64,000 nucleotides of DNA, taken from contig CAWECU010000010.1 in assembly GCA_963807685.1 (NCBI GenBank), positions 35,339 through 99,338 on the forward strand. The letters are read 5' to 3'. Positions 1 through 9,529 of the stretch are shown one piece after another. The stretch comes from an uncultured Flavobacteriaceae bacterium (GTDB lineage: Bacteria > Bacteroidota > Bacteroidia > Flavobacteriales > Flavobacteriaceae). The notes beneath the pieces are model-generated. The model made no database searches. It worked only from the letters and a program-made list of their open reading frames with translations, and had not been told where the DNA came from. Made by a program: the position numbers and the translations under genes. Each line of letters begins with the position of its first letter. The stretch's first letter is position 1.

Positions 1-554
1 GTCGCATAGGACAGCCTCAGGCCACCTTCCACTCCATGTTTTCCTTCGGTTAAAATCTTAAATCCATTGGCATTTCCTTCAAAGTCGACAAGATCCTGAT
101 ACTCTTTGGCTGATAGTTGGTCTTTGAAGCGCAGGCCATTTCCATTCAAAAAGTAATCGCCAATGGCCTTTTCACCGCTATGTCCAAAAGGAGGGTTCCC
201 AATATCATGGGCCAACGCAGCCGCGGCAACAATGGCTCCAAAATCGTTAAAAAGATGTCCATGTGTCTCCCGAAGTTGAGGATGTTTTTCCAACAAAGCA
301 GTTCCTACGGCACGCCCCAACGAACGTCCTACCACGCTTACTTCCAAACTGTGGGTCAGGCGGGTGTGCACAAATGAGGTTTTGGAAAGCGGGATGACCT
401 GTGTTTTATCCTGTAAGCTTCGAAAGGCAGAAGAGAAGATCACACGGTCATAATCTACTTCAAATCCCAGACGGGTCTCGTCCTGTTCAATACGCAAGCG
501 TTTGTTGGTATCTCCTTGTCGACGTAATGACAGGAGCTGTTCCCATTGCATCAT
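1..554 (-). CDS. dgt: dGTP triphosphohydrolase (HD family), 3' end runs off the window
   Basis: Manual minus-strand translation from ATG 554: MMQWEQLLSLRRQGD...FEVDYDRVIFSSAFRSLQDKTQV...HTRLTHSLEV, the dGTPase N-terminal signature. Not in the ORF track because it is truncated. Confidence 0.92.
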   Translation of the reverse strand, partial: MMQWEQLLSLRRQGDTNKRLRIEQDETRLGFEVDYDRVIFSSAFRSLQDKTQVIPLSKTSFVHTRLTHSLEVSVVGRSLGRAVGTALLEKHPQLRETHGHLFNDFGAIVAAAALAHDIGNPPFGHSGEKAIGDYFLNGNGLRFKDQLSAKEYQDLVDFEGNANGFKILTEGKHGVEGGLRLSYA

Positions 555-711
555 AGTGTTGGTTTTGGGACCGAAAGATAGGAGTTTCTATGCGCAACAA
601 AAAAATAAGACCCCGGGAAAGTTTGGCACTTTCTTAAAATGTTAATCGAAAGACCATAAGCGAGTGCTCCTGAATTGAACTTCAGCAAAAAAAAAGGCGC
701 AAGCCTACGGT

Positions 712-799
712 TAACAATTAGCTAACATAAATGTTACGAAAACCTAAACCAAGCATAACAATTGGGTAACTGCTTTCGCAGGCATTTCAAGTTTCTTTG
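712..799 (+). promoter_or_regulatory. Array of 11-bp-phased TAACA-like repeats plus a degenerate -7 box upstream of the TonB-dependent receptor
   Basis: TAACA 712, TAACA 723, TTACG 734, TAAAC 745, TAACA 756, TAACT 767; TTTCTTTG at 792-799. Confidence 0.65.
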
Positions 800-821
800 C
801 GTCAAATTTGACAATAACTGG

Positions 822-3629
822 ATGAAAAATTTTATCACAATAATTTTATTGCTCATGGTAGCAATAGTGAGCGCACAAACCGGCACCCTGGAAGGTAGTC
901 TTAGCGATAAAACATTTAATAATGAACCGCTGGCTTTTGCCTCTGTGGTCATTAGAGGTACCGCAAAGGGAGCTCAATCTGACTTCGATGGAAATTACCT
1001 TATTGAAAATGTGCCCGTAGGGACTTACGCTGTTGAAATAAGTTATGTGGGTTACGAAACAATAACAATTCCGAACGTGAGTATTGAGGATGGTAAATTT
1101 ACCCGAATCGATGCCACCATTGGTCAAAGTGCTGCGGCACTGGACGAAGTACTTATTACAGTTTCAAACAGCCGGGAACGTGAATCTGCGTTGCTTTTGG
1201 AACAGAAGGGAGCCGTTGCCGTAAAGGAAAGTATTGGTGCCGAGCAAATGGCAAAATTAGGTGTTTCCAATGCCTCGGGTGCTACTACTAAAATTTCGGG
1301 AGTGAACAAAACCGAAGGATCGGGAGATGTTTTTGTTCGAGGACTAGGAGATCGTTACTTATATACGACTTTGAATGGCTTGCCCATCCCTTCCGACGAT
1401 ATTGAAAAGAAAAATATTGATCTTTCGCTCTTTTCCACAAGCTTGATCCAAAACGTTTCGGTGAGCAAAACAACTTCCCCAAGCAGTTCGGCCGATCAAG
1501 CTTCTGGAAATATTGACATTGCTTCCAAAGAACTCAACGGAAGTAACGTATTGGAGGTTAAAGCAAGTTCTGCGGTCAACAGCAATGTGATCGAAAATGG
1601 TGTTTTTGATAATTTCAAGGTATCCCCAAATCAGGATGATGTCACCTTGGGAATCTACGTTAGAGAGGGCAATACGCGTAGCAACATTACCCAGCAGTCC
1701 TGGACGCCGGGAACCGAGGGAGCTCCTGTTAATAATTCCATTTCTTTTAGCGCCGGAAAAAAGTTCAGTGAACAATTGAAAGTGCTATTAACGGCAGGAC
1801 AGCGATCCAACTACGAATATAGGGAAGGAGTTTTCAGACAATTCCGATCCAACTTTATTGACGACACCATTCCCGATGCGACCAGTTGGAAAAAAACCGT
1901 GGCGACCTCCGGATTATTGAGTGCACAATTTAGGGTAAATGAGACCCATACGTTAAAGTTCAATACGCTTGTCATCAATAAGGTGGAGGATAATGTCTTT
2001 GAAGGTGGTCGTGCCGGAACAGCAACCATTTTTGAAGAGACCGATGAAATGGAAACCGCGCCCGATGGGAACACCTTCTTTCAATTCATTAGAGACCAGA
2101 ACACCAAAAAGACCTTACTTTCGGTTACACAATTACTGGGATCGCATGACATTTCAGAAAAAAACACCCTGGATTGGGCATTGGGCTATAATTTCCTGAG
2201 TGCCGATGAACCCAACCGTATTCGCAATGAGGTAAACTTTACCAGCGGAGGCTTTGTTCAATTGGGCCGTACCGGCGGATTCCAGCAACGAAAAAGTATC
2301 CAAAAGATAGAAGACGTTGAATACAATGGCCGGATCGCCAATTTGATGAAGATCTATGATAACGAAACGAAATTATTTCATATAAATATTGGAGCCAACT
2401 ACCGAAATAAGGAGCGCAAGTTCGGATCCCAATTCGTAGGTGTTGAGGAAACGTTTACCAATGCTGTCAATCCTACTTCCATTGACAATATCACAGACAT
2501 ATTTACCCAGACCAACTTTGATAATAATCTGTTGAAATTCAATTTGCTCCAACCCGATTTTTACAAAGGAGAACTGGAAAGTACCGCCGGATTCATAGAC
2601 TTTATTGGAAAACTGGGAGACTTCAGTATTCAAACCGGAGTTCGTTATCAAAGGGATGCCGTTAGGGTTCAATTTGACGTTGGAAACTTCCCCGGCCGAC
2701 TGGGAGAAACCAATAGAGATTACAACCGACTTTACCCCTCCATTAACCTGAAATATGACATCAATGAACAGCACAGCATCCGCTTTGCCAATAGTTTGAC
2801 GCGAACACTTCCTGAATTCAAGGAAATTGCTCCTTTCGAATATGTATCTCCTACCGGGCAGGTAACAAGAGGTAACCCGGATATTGAGGCTTCCAATAAT
2901 TTCAACTACGACCTGAAATGGGAATTTTTCCCTAGCAAGGACGAGTTGGTTTCTGTGACCGGATTTTACAAGAGGATTGAAGACCCTATCAACCGGGTTC
3001 AGGATAGAGGGTCTGCCGGAATTTTTTCATACTTCAACTCGGGTGAAAAAGCAGAAGTGTATGGTTTGGAACTCGAGGCTCGGGTAAATTTGTTGAACGG
3101 TGGGGATCAAGACGATGAGCCAAAACTTCGCTTGAACTTCAACGCTTCCAGAATGTGGCACGAACAAGATTTAAAGGACATCGTCGATGAGACGACAGGT
3201 ACCTTGATTCGATCATTTAAATACAAAGGACTCACCAAAGTAGATCTGCAGGGGGCGAGCGATTGGATAGTGAATACCTCCTTGAATTTCGATACGAATA
3301 CCGAAAATCCATTGGAAGTCTCTCTGGTAGGAAACTATGCATCAGACCGCGTATTTGCTCTCGGGGCGGCCGAAATTCAAACTTCCAGCGATACCAACTA
3401 TAATGATGCAATTGTGGAAAATGGTTTTGTAACGCTGGATCTTATTTTGAACCAGCAATTAGGAGAACATTGGAGACTAGGCTTAACGGGAATGAATCTA
3501 TTAAACCCGGAGATCAAAAGAACACAGCTAGTTCGTCCCGCTACCACAGGTATCGAGACCGAAGAAACGGTTTTATCCTACACCCGAGGTATTCAGGTGG
3601 GTTTCAATCTAAACTATTCATTTTTATAA
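822..3629 (+). CDS. TonB-dependent receptor
   Basis: Signal peptide MKNFITIILLLMVAIVSAQ, CarboxypepD_reg-like N-domain, plug motif VFVRGLGDRY..TTLNG, C-terminal barrel strand FNLNYSF. Start ATG 822 preferred over 762. Confidence 0.95.
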   Translation: MKNFITIILLLMVAIVSAQTGTLEGSLSDKTFNNEPLAFASVVIRGTAKGAQSDFDGNYLIENVPVGTYAVEISYVGYETITIPNVSIEDGKFTRIDATIGQSAAALDEVLITVSNSRERESALLLEQKGAVAVKESIGAEQMAKLGVSNASGATTKISGVNKTEGSGDVFVRGLGDRYLYTTLNGLPIPSDDIEKKNIDLSLFSTSLIQNVSVSKTTSPSSSADQASGNIDIASKELNGSNVLEVKASSAVNSNVIENGVFDNFKVSPNQDDVTLGIYVREGNTRSNITQQSWTPGTEGAPVNNSISFSAGKKFSEQLKVLLTAGQRSNYEYREGVFRQFRSNFIDDTIPDATSWKKTVATSGLLSAQFRVNETHTLKFNTLVINKVEDNVFEGGRAGTATIFEETDEMETAPDGNTFFQFIRDQNTKKTLLSVTQLLGSHDISEKNTLDWALGYNFLSADEPNRIRNEVNFTSGGFVQLGRTGGFQQRKSIQKIEDVEYNGRIANLMKIYDNETKLFHINIGANYRNKERKFGSQFVGVEETFTNAVNPTSIDNITDIFTQTNFDNNLLKFNLLQPDFYKGELESTAGFIDFIGKLGDFSIQTGVRYQRDAVRVQFDVGNFPGRLGETNRDYNRLYPSINLKYDINEQHSIRFANSLTRTLPEFKEIAPFEYVSPTGQVTRGNPDIEASNNFNYDLKWEFFPSKDELVSVTGFYKRIEDPINRVQDRGSAGIFSYFNSGEKAEVYGLELEARVNLLNGGDQDDEPKLRLNFNASRMWHEQDLKDIVDETTGTLIRSFKYKGLTKVDLQGASDWIVNTSLNFDTNTENPLEVSLVGNYASDRVFALGAAEIQTSSDTNYNDAIVENGFVTLDLILNQQLGEHWRLGLTGMNLLNPEIKRTQLVRPATTGIETEETVLSYTRGIQVGFNLNYSFL

Positions 3630-3660
3630 AAGAAAATCAATTAATTCAAACTTAAAAACC

Positions 3661-5610
3661 ATGAAACACTTAAAAAATCTGGCTAGCGTATTTGCTGCAA
3701 TGAGTATACTATTTACGACCAGTTGTAGCACAGACGACTTCTTTCTCGCGGTTGATGATGGGATTGACACCACTGAACTTACAGATCTAAGCGGAAATTT
3801 AGAGAGCGATCGCGCATTGATCTCATCAGAACAGTACACGATCACCGGGCCCTACCTGATAAAATCCGGGGTTACTTTGACCATACCTGCTGGAACCGTT
3901 ATCGTGTCGGAAGCCGCCGAAAACAGATATATTGCCGTAGAGCAAGGAGGACGTATTGATATCCAGGGAACGGCAAATTTACCAGTGATCATGAGATCGG
4001 CAACAGGAGCCTCAGGTAGCTGGGGCGGACTATTGCTATGTGGTGAAGCCCCTACTACGGAAGGTGTCGACGTAACCGCTGAAGTAGGCGGACTTATCTA
4101 CGGAGGTACCAACCCAGGCGACAGTTCAGGAAATATTGACTATTTAATAATCAAAGACGCCGGAGCCCAAATTAACTCCGAATCCCAGTACAACGGTTTG
4201 ACCCTTTATTCAGTTGGAAGTGGAACTACGATCGATAATGTAGCTCTTATTAACGGTGCCGATGACGGTGTTGAATTTTTCGGCGGAACGGTTTCAGTAA
4301 ACAACTTATACCTGGAGAACAACGAAGATGATGCGGTCGACTGGACGGAAGGTTGGAATGGTACCGTTACCAATACCTACTGTTTGCATACTATTGAAGG
4401 ATTCTCTACAGCCGTAGAAGCCGACGGGGATAACAATAATCCTAAATTGGTAAATTTTACTGCTGTTTCCAACACGGGTGGTACCGCATTACAATTCAAG
4501 AAAACGTCGGGAGCTACGATCACAGGCCTTTCTTTGACGGGGTACGAGATTTCAATTGACATGAAGGATGATGGCCCGCTTGAGAACGTGATCATCGACG
4601 GAGAGATTGCAGATCCAAACAATACCTATATTGCCCCTGCTACGGTAGACATAAATATGTTTTCCTGGGTAAACTCCAATGGCTCCGGTCAACAGCTTGT
4701 CGTCTTGGAAGGTAACGTTACAGGAACTAAGATCCTGGATCCCAACACCAGCTACCTGTTGAACAATGCTTATATCGTGCAATCCGGTGGTAAATTGATT
4801 ATTCCGGCAGGAACCAAGATCACCGCTCGTGATGGTGGTACTGAAGTTTATATCGCCGTGCTACAAGGAGGCGACATCGAAATTAACGGTACCGCTTCCA
4901 ATCCAGTTGTAATGTCTTCTCAAAACGGACAACCGGGTGACTGGGGTGGATTGACAATATGTGGTTTCGGTCCAACCACAGAAGGTGTTGGAGTGACGGC
5001 TGAGGTAGGTGGATTTATCTACGGAGGTACAGATCCAGCCGATGATTCAGGGAATATCGACTATTTGGTAATCTTAGGAACCGGTGCTCAGATCAATTCG
5101 GAATCTCAATACAATGGTGTTTCTTTATATGCCGTAGGTAGTGGAACTTCCATCAATAACCTGGCTGTGATCAATGGTGCTGATGATGGCATCGAATTTT
5201 TCGGGGGAACAGTGAGTGCGACCAACCTTTACTTCGGAAACAACGAAGATGATTCGGTGGACTGGACAGAAGGATGGAATGGTACTATCACCAATACCTA
5301 TGTATTGCATGAAATTGACGGTTTCTCAACGGCTATTGAAGCAGACGGAGATAACTTCAACCCAACCATTACAAACTTTACAGCCATTTCTTCCACAGGA
5401 GGAACTGCACTTCAGTTTAAGAAAATGTCGGGCGCCACAATAACAAACGTACTATTGAGTGGCTATGACACCAATGTCGACATGAAGGATGATGGCCCTA
5501 TTGGGAATGTGATCGTTGACGGAATTCCTATGACGGCACCTACCAACAACGTATTTAACGGTACTGCTGTGGATATTTCGGGATGGTCTTGGATCGATGC
5601 AAGACTATAA
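3661..5610 (+). CDS. Surface lipoprotein with two tandem near-identical beta-helix-like modules
   Basis: Lipobox FTTS-C followed by acidic STDD. Motifs WGGL.LCG, SGNIDYL, NGADDG.EFFGG and NEDD.VDWTEGWNG each occur twice. Confidence 0.85.
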   Translation: MKHLKNLASVFAAMSILFTTSCSTDDFFLAVDDGIDTTELTDLSGNLESDRALISSEQYTITGPYLIKSGVTLTIPAGTVIVSEAAENRYIAVEQGGRIDIQGTANLPVIMRSATGASGSWGGLLLCGEAPTTEGVDVTAEVGGLIYGGTNPGDSSGNIDYLIIKDAGAQINSESQYNGLTLYSVGSGTTIDNVALINGADDGVEFFGGTVSVNNLYLENNEDDAVDWTEGWNGTVTNTYCLHTIEGFSTAVEADGDNNNPKLVNFTAVSNTGGTALQFKKTSGATITGLSLTGYEISIDMKDDGPLENVIIDGEIADPNNTYIAPATVDINMFSWVNSNGSGQQLVVLEGNVTGTKILDPNTSYLLNNAYIVQSGGKLIIPAGTKITARDGGTEVYIAVLQGGDIEINGTASNPVVMSSQNGQPGDWGGLTICGFGPTTEGVGVTAEVGGFIYGGTDPADDSGNIDYLVILGTGAQINSESQYNGVSLYAVGSGTSINNLAVINGADDGIEFFGGTVSATNLYFGNNEDDSVDWTEGWNGTITNTYVLHEIDGFSTAIEADGDNFNPTITNFTAISSTGGTALQFKKMSGATITNVLLSGYDTNVDMKDDGPIGNVIVDGIPMTAPTNNVFNGTAVDISGWSWIDARL

Positions 5611-5630
5611 GGTAGTTTATTTAATTAGTA

Positions 5631-5662
5631 AAAAGGGCTGTACATTACTGTACAGCCCTTTT
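5631..5662. terminator. Bidirectional intrinsic terminator
   Basis: AAAAGGGCTGTACA-ttac-TGTACAGCCCTTTT between convergent genes. Confidence 0.9.
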
Positions 5663-5684
5663 ATTTTGTGTTTTGTTCTGTGTG

Positions 5685-6059
5685 CTAATTTGTCACTACT
5701 TTGGTACTCGTGGTCTTCCAGGTCTTGACTTCCGCTATTTTTGAATTTTCATAACTTACCTCTTTCATGGAGTCCTCATGGTAGAATAGCCAGGTTCCCA
5801 CTTTGGCACCATTGTCATAATTGGCTATGGCCGTTTTATCACCTTTGGCATTATAGCTTATCCATTCACCGTGCAACTTATTTTCTTTGGTATAAAAACC
5901 TGTTTGTGCTACCGCACCATTATCGTGATATAAGGTTGCCTGAATCACATCGCCTTTCATCACATAGCTGTTCTTCATATCACATGTCTTTTTGCAAGTT
6001 TGGGCAAAAGCCATATTTGCCGACATCACCAATACTAATAACAATACAATCTTTTTCAT
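5685..6059 (-). CDS. Small secreted MORN-variant (YwqK-like) repeat protein
   Basis: Signal peptide ending AFA-Q; repeats LHGEWISY..KG and KVGTWLFY. Confidence 0.75.
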   Translation of the reverse strand: MKKIVLLLVLVMSANMAFAQTCKKTCDMKNSYVMKGDVIQATLYHDNGAVAQTGFYTKENKLHGEWISYNAKGDKTAIANYDNGAKVGTWLFYHEDSMKEVSYENSKIAEVKTWKTTSTKVVTN

Positions 6060-6104
6060 CTTTTACTTTATTTGGATTCTGCTATGATAAAGTTAAAGGA
6101 TTGA

Positions 6105-6142
6105 TAACAATTATGAAAACATTTCATAACATTAAATTTACA
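6105..6142 (+). promoter_or_regulatory. 11-bp-phased TAACA repeats
   Basis: TAACA 6105, AAACA 6117 (1 nt off phase), TAACA 6127, TTACA 6138. Confidence 0.5.
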
Positions 6143-6408
6143 TTAATCCCGTATATTCTTGTTTTTCAATGTTTTACTTTGGAAGATTTAACATTGGAAT
6201 TCTGCTTATTCGAATAATTCTTAAAGATTTATTAATAATAGCCTAACTAAAAAGGCACAATCATTTAGTTACTTCGCATGGTTGATAAACTTAGTCTATG
6301 CTTAATTTTTATTGATATCGATCGCATTAGAATGATTTAACAGTACCCGTGAGGACATAACAAATCTTTTATTAATCGTTTAGTTTTTGTCAACTTGATT
6401 ATAAAAGT

Positions 6409-6440
6409 AAGGGCTGCCAAAACTGGCAGCCCTTTTTTTT
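6409..6440. terminator. Intrinsic terminator hairpin; the long U-tract is on the + strand
   Basis: AAGGGCTGCCA-aaac-TGGCAGCCCTT followed by a T-run. Confidence 0.85.
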
Positions 6441-6460
6441 AGATAAGAAATTGACAGTTG

Positions 6461-7090
6461 TTATTCGTAAAATTTCACGTTTCCAGTGCTAACGTCGTAC
6501 ATTCCGCCTACAATATCAATTTCATTGTTGCGCTCCATTTCGGCCAGAATTGGACTTTCAGCCCGAATCCTGTCAATCGTCATTTCTACATTTTTCTCGG
6601 CTACACTATCTACAAATTCCAGATTTTTAGAATTTCGTAGTGAATCGTCCTTTGGCTCTTTGACCTCCGCGACGGCAGGTTCAATTTTTTTGATTAATGC
6701 AGTAAGATTCCCCAGCCTTGCATGATCGCAAGCACCTTTTACCGCACCACAACTGGTATGTCCCAGAACTAAAATTAATTTTGTTCCCGCCAATTTACTG
6801 GCAAATTCCATGCTTCCTAAAATATCTTCATTTACAAAATTTCCTGCGATACGAATACTAAAAATATCTCCCAGACCTTGATCAAAAATCAATTCGGCCG
6901 ATACTCTGGAGTCAATACAGCTTAAAATTGTAGCAAACGGAAATTGTCCATCTGTGGTTTCATTTACTTGCTGAAGTAAGTTCCGATTGGCTTTTAAATT
7001 ATTCTCAAATCTATGGTTTCCATCTTTCAAAAATTGCAACGCCTTTTGAGGGGTCATTGTGAGCTGAGTTTCTTTGGTATGTGCTTTCAT
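6461..7090 (-). CDS. Beta-class carbonic anhydrase
   Basis: Zn ligands CIDSR and HTSCGA; RIAGN motif. Confidence 0.95.
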   Translation of the reverse strand: MKAHTKETQLTMTPQKALQFLKDGNHRFENNLKANRNLLQQVNETTDGQFPFATILSCIDSRVSAELIFDQGLGDIFSIRIAGNFVNEDILGSMEFASKLAGTKLILVLGHTSCGAVKGACDHARLGNLTALIKKIEPAVAEVKEPKDDSLRNSKNLEFVDSVAEKNVEMTIDRIRAESPILAEMERNNEIDIVGGMYDVSTGNVKFYE

Positions 7091-7100
7091 CTGTGTTTTT

Positions 7101-8942
7101 TTATGATTTATCTTTTACGTTTTCTTTTATCCACTTGAGGCAGTCTTTAAAACTGGTAAATATCTGTTCTTTAGGCACCAAATCGGGAATAATATCAATT
7201 CGTTCCATCATATAAAGTGGTTGCTTCATAGGATTTACGAATAGTACTTTAATGTCTTTGGCCGCAAGGTCGATCAAAATATCTTCCATTGCATACAAGC
7301 CAGATTGGTCCATATATTGCATGCGGCCCATCCGTATCACAACAGCACTGGCCGTTGCGGGAATTTGTTTTGCCAATTGTTGAAAATCACTAGTAGTTCC
7401 GAAGAACAACGGGCCTTTAATATGTTTGATAAAAACTTCTTCCTTCAAATTTTCTGGAAAATCGATCTCATCGTCCCAGGCTTTTTCCTTTAGTAATTTC
7501 TTGACATCGGATCGTTCTGCCGTAAGATCTCCCATCTTTTTCATAAATATAAGCGATGCGATCACCAGTCCTATTCCCACTGCGTAGACCAAATCCCATA
7601 CCGATGATAGTACCAGCACCACGATCATTATAATTACCTCCTGTCTTGGCATGTTGGGTATCGCCTTCAAACCGCGATAATCCATGACGCCTATACCTAC
7701 CGTAATAAGAATTCCCGCAAGCACCGCCGCCGGAATTTGAGAGGCCACAGGAGCTAAGCCCAACATGATGATCAACAGGAAAACACCTGCCATCATTCCC
7801 GATAGGCGCGTTTTACCGCCCGCATTGATGTTCACTACGGTTCGAATGGTAGCTCCGGCACCGGGAATCCCACCAAAAAAGGCCCCAATGGTATTTCCTA
7901 TCCCTTGCCCTACCAATTCTTTATTAGGCTTATGCTTGGTCTTCGTCATATTATCGGCCACCACCGAGGTTAGCAGCGAGTCAATGGCACCCAGCAGAGC
8001 TAATGTGAGTGCCGTAAAAACATAAGGGGTGATACTCGCTAAGTTGAAACCGGTAAAAATTTCCCACTTGGGAAGGGGCAGCCCAAGGGGTATTTCCTCG
8101 ATAGGGCGATAGCCCAAATTAAATCCATAGGCAATCCCAGACATCACCAAAAGTGCCACCAGGGTGCTGGGAACGACTTTGGTAATTCGCTTAAAACCAT
8201 AAATTATAAAAATGGTTCCCAACGCCAATAATAGTTCGAGCCAATTGATATTGTTTAAGGCCCGTGGTAAAACCTTGATGGCCCCTATTACTCCCTGGGC
8301 CTCAGTACCTGCAAGCGTTTTTGATTCTTTTGAAATATCATTCTGAGTAATACTATTGGCCCTCGCAATGGTTTCTTGAAAATCTTCGAGTACCAAAATG
8401 CCCTCTCCTGCCTCTTCTTTCAAAATATTTTCAAGAATCAATTCTTCTGCCTGTGGTTTAAACTGCTCTACAAATTGAGTATCTTCTTTGGGATAATAGC
8501 CAAGTGCCGGCAGTATTTGAGTAACAATAATGATGACACCTATGGCCGTCATAAAACCCGACACCACGGGGTAGGGAATATACTTGATGTATTTTCCAAG
8601 GCCAATAACCCCTAGACCTATTTGAAATAGCCCTGCCAGCATGAATACCGTTAAAATGGCAGGCAGGGCTTTGTTGACATCTCCGTCATTAATTGCGATA
8701 ATACCGGCAATGATCACCATACTAACAGCTGTCATTGGAGCGGTCGGGCCGGAGATTTGTGTGTTGGTTCCTCCAAAAAGTGCGGCAAAGAAGCTAACAA
8801 AAATAGCCCCGTACAGTCCCGCTGTGGGTCCTAAGCCGGAGCTTACACCGAAAGCCAGCGCTAGGGGCAGTGCTACGATACCGGCAGTAATCCCGCCAAA
8901 TAAATCTCCTTTAAAATATTTTAAATTGAATAAATCCTTCAT
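7101..8942 (-). CDS. SulP/SLC26 anion (probably bicarbonate) transporter with STAS domain
   Basis: GDLFGGITAGIVALPLALAFG, GLYGAI, QISGPT, NKELVGQGIGN; STAS motifs GPLFFG and MDQSG. Confidence 0.95.
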   Translation of the reverse strand: MKDLFNLKYFKGDLFGGITAGIVALPLALAFGVSSGLGPTAGLYGAIFVSFFAALFGGTNTQISGPTAPMTAVSMVIIAGIIAINDGDVNKALPAILTVFMLAGLFQIGLGVIGLGKYIKYIPYPVVSGFMTAIGVIIIVTQILPALGYYPKEDTQFVEQFKPQAEELILENILKEEAGEGILVLEDFQETIARANSITQNDISKESKTLAGTEAQGVIGAIKVLPRALNNINWLELLLALGTIFIIYGFKRITKVVPSTLVALLVMSGIAYGFNLGYRPIEEIPLGLPLPKWEIFTGFNLASITPYVFTALTLALLGAIDSLLTSVVADNMTKTKHKPNKELVGQGIGNTIGAFFGGIPGAGATIRTVVNINAGGKTRLSGMMAGVFLLIIMLGLAPVASQIPAAVLAGILITVGIGVMDYRGLKAIPNMPRQEVIIMIVVLVLSSVWDLVYAVGIGLVIASLIFMKKMGDLTAERSDVKKLLKEKAWDDEIDFPENLKEEVFIKHIKGPLFFGTTSDFQQLAKQIPATASAVVIRMGRMQYMDQSGLYAMEDILIDLAAKDIKVLFVNPMKQPLYMMERIDIIPDLVPKEQIFTSFKDCLKWIKENVKDKS

Positions 8943-9039
8943 AGTTATTATAAATTGATTGGTACTGTTCTTTTGTAAGTAACAAAAAAACGAATGAAAC
9001 TACTTCAGTAATTGCTGAAGCCTGCTCGTAATAAAACTA

Positions 9040-9336
9040 TTAAATGTACTCGGGTGGGGGAAGAAATATTTCCGATGGGTGTGAACCCAAAGAATGATCT
9101 CGAAAATCCTTCAATTCAAAATTCAATCTGACTAAAAGTAACTCCCGATTTTGAAACGAATGTAAGATAAGCTCTTTTTCCTTGCTCTCTTTTTCGCTAT
9201 TTGTCGTCTCCTCTAGGGAAAAGTCTTCCAAATCCAATAATTCTATATTCAAATTTGAGAACAACAATGCAGTTGGCGCTAATACTGATGCAACCAAAAC
9301 AAAGGATAAGAGAACAATCAAAACAGATCTAAGCAC
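9040..9336 (-). CDS. Small leader-like protein with an N-terminal hydrophobic segment and C-terminal EIFLPPPE
   Basis: GTG start at 9336, directly after a TATATTTG -7 box (9354-9361, minus strand); 98 aa; first gene of the SulP/CA unit. Confidence 0.6.
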   Translation of the reverse strand: MLRSVLIVLLSFVLVASVLAPTALLFSNLNIELLDLEDFSLEETTNSEKESKEKELILHSFQNRELLLVRLNFELKDFRDHSLGSHPSEIFLPPPEYI

Positions 9337-9469
9337 GAAAATGATTATTTTGGCAAATATAATCGCTACCCATTTTTCATTCGGTCCTTTAATGTTAAAA
9401 TAATTATAAAAAATACATGTTTCCGGGCATGAAACCGTTTCAAAAAACACTTATAAATTAATGATTCGG

Positions 9470-9502
9470 TAACATTAGTTTAACATTAGAGTTAGTTATT
9501 TG
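9470..9502 (+). promoter_or_regulatory. Tandem 11-bp direct repeat upstream of the porin
   Basis: TAACATTAGTT TAACATTAGAG at 9470 and 9481; GTTATTTG at 9495-9502. Confidence 0.65.
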
Positions 9503-9529
9503 CACCGACAAAAACTTAAACGATTGAAA

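Noticed and set aside
1-554. dGTPase as an anti-phage nucleotide-depletion system
   Set aside because: No defence-island context is visible; it looks like the ordinary housekeeping dgt, and the gene is truncated by the window.
5685-6059. YwqK-type antitoxin of a toxin-antitoxin pair
   Set aside because: It has a signal peptide and no adjacent toxin; only the MORN-like repeat is shared.
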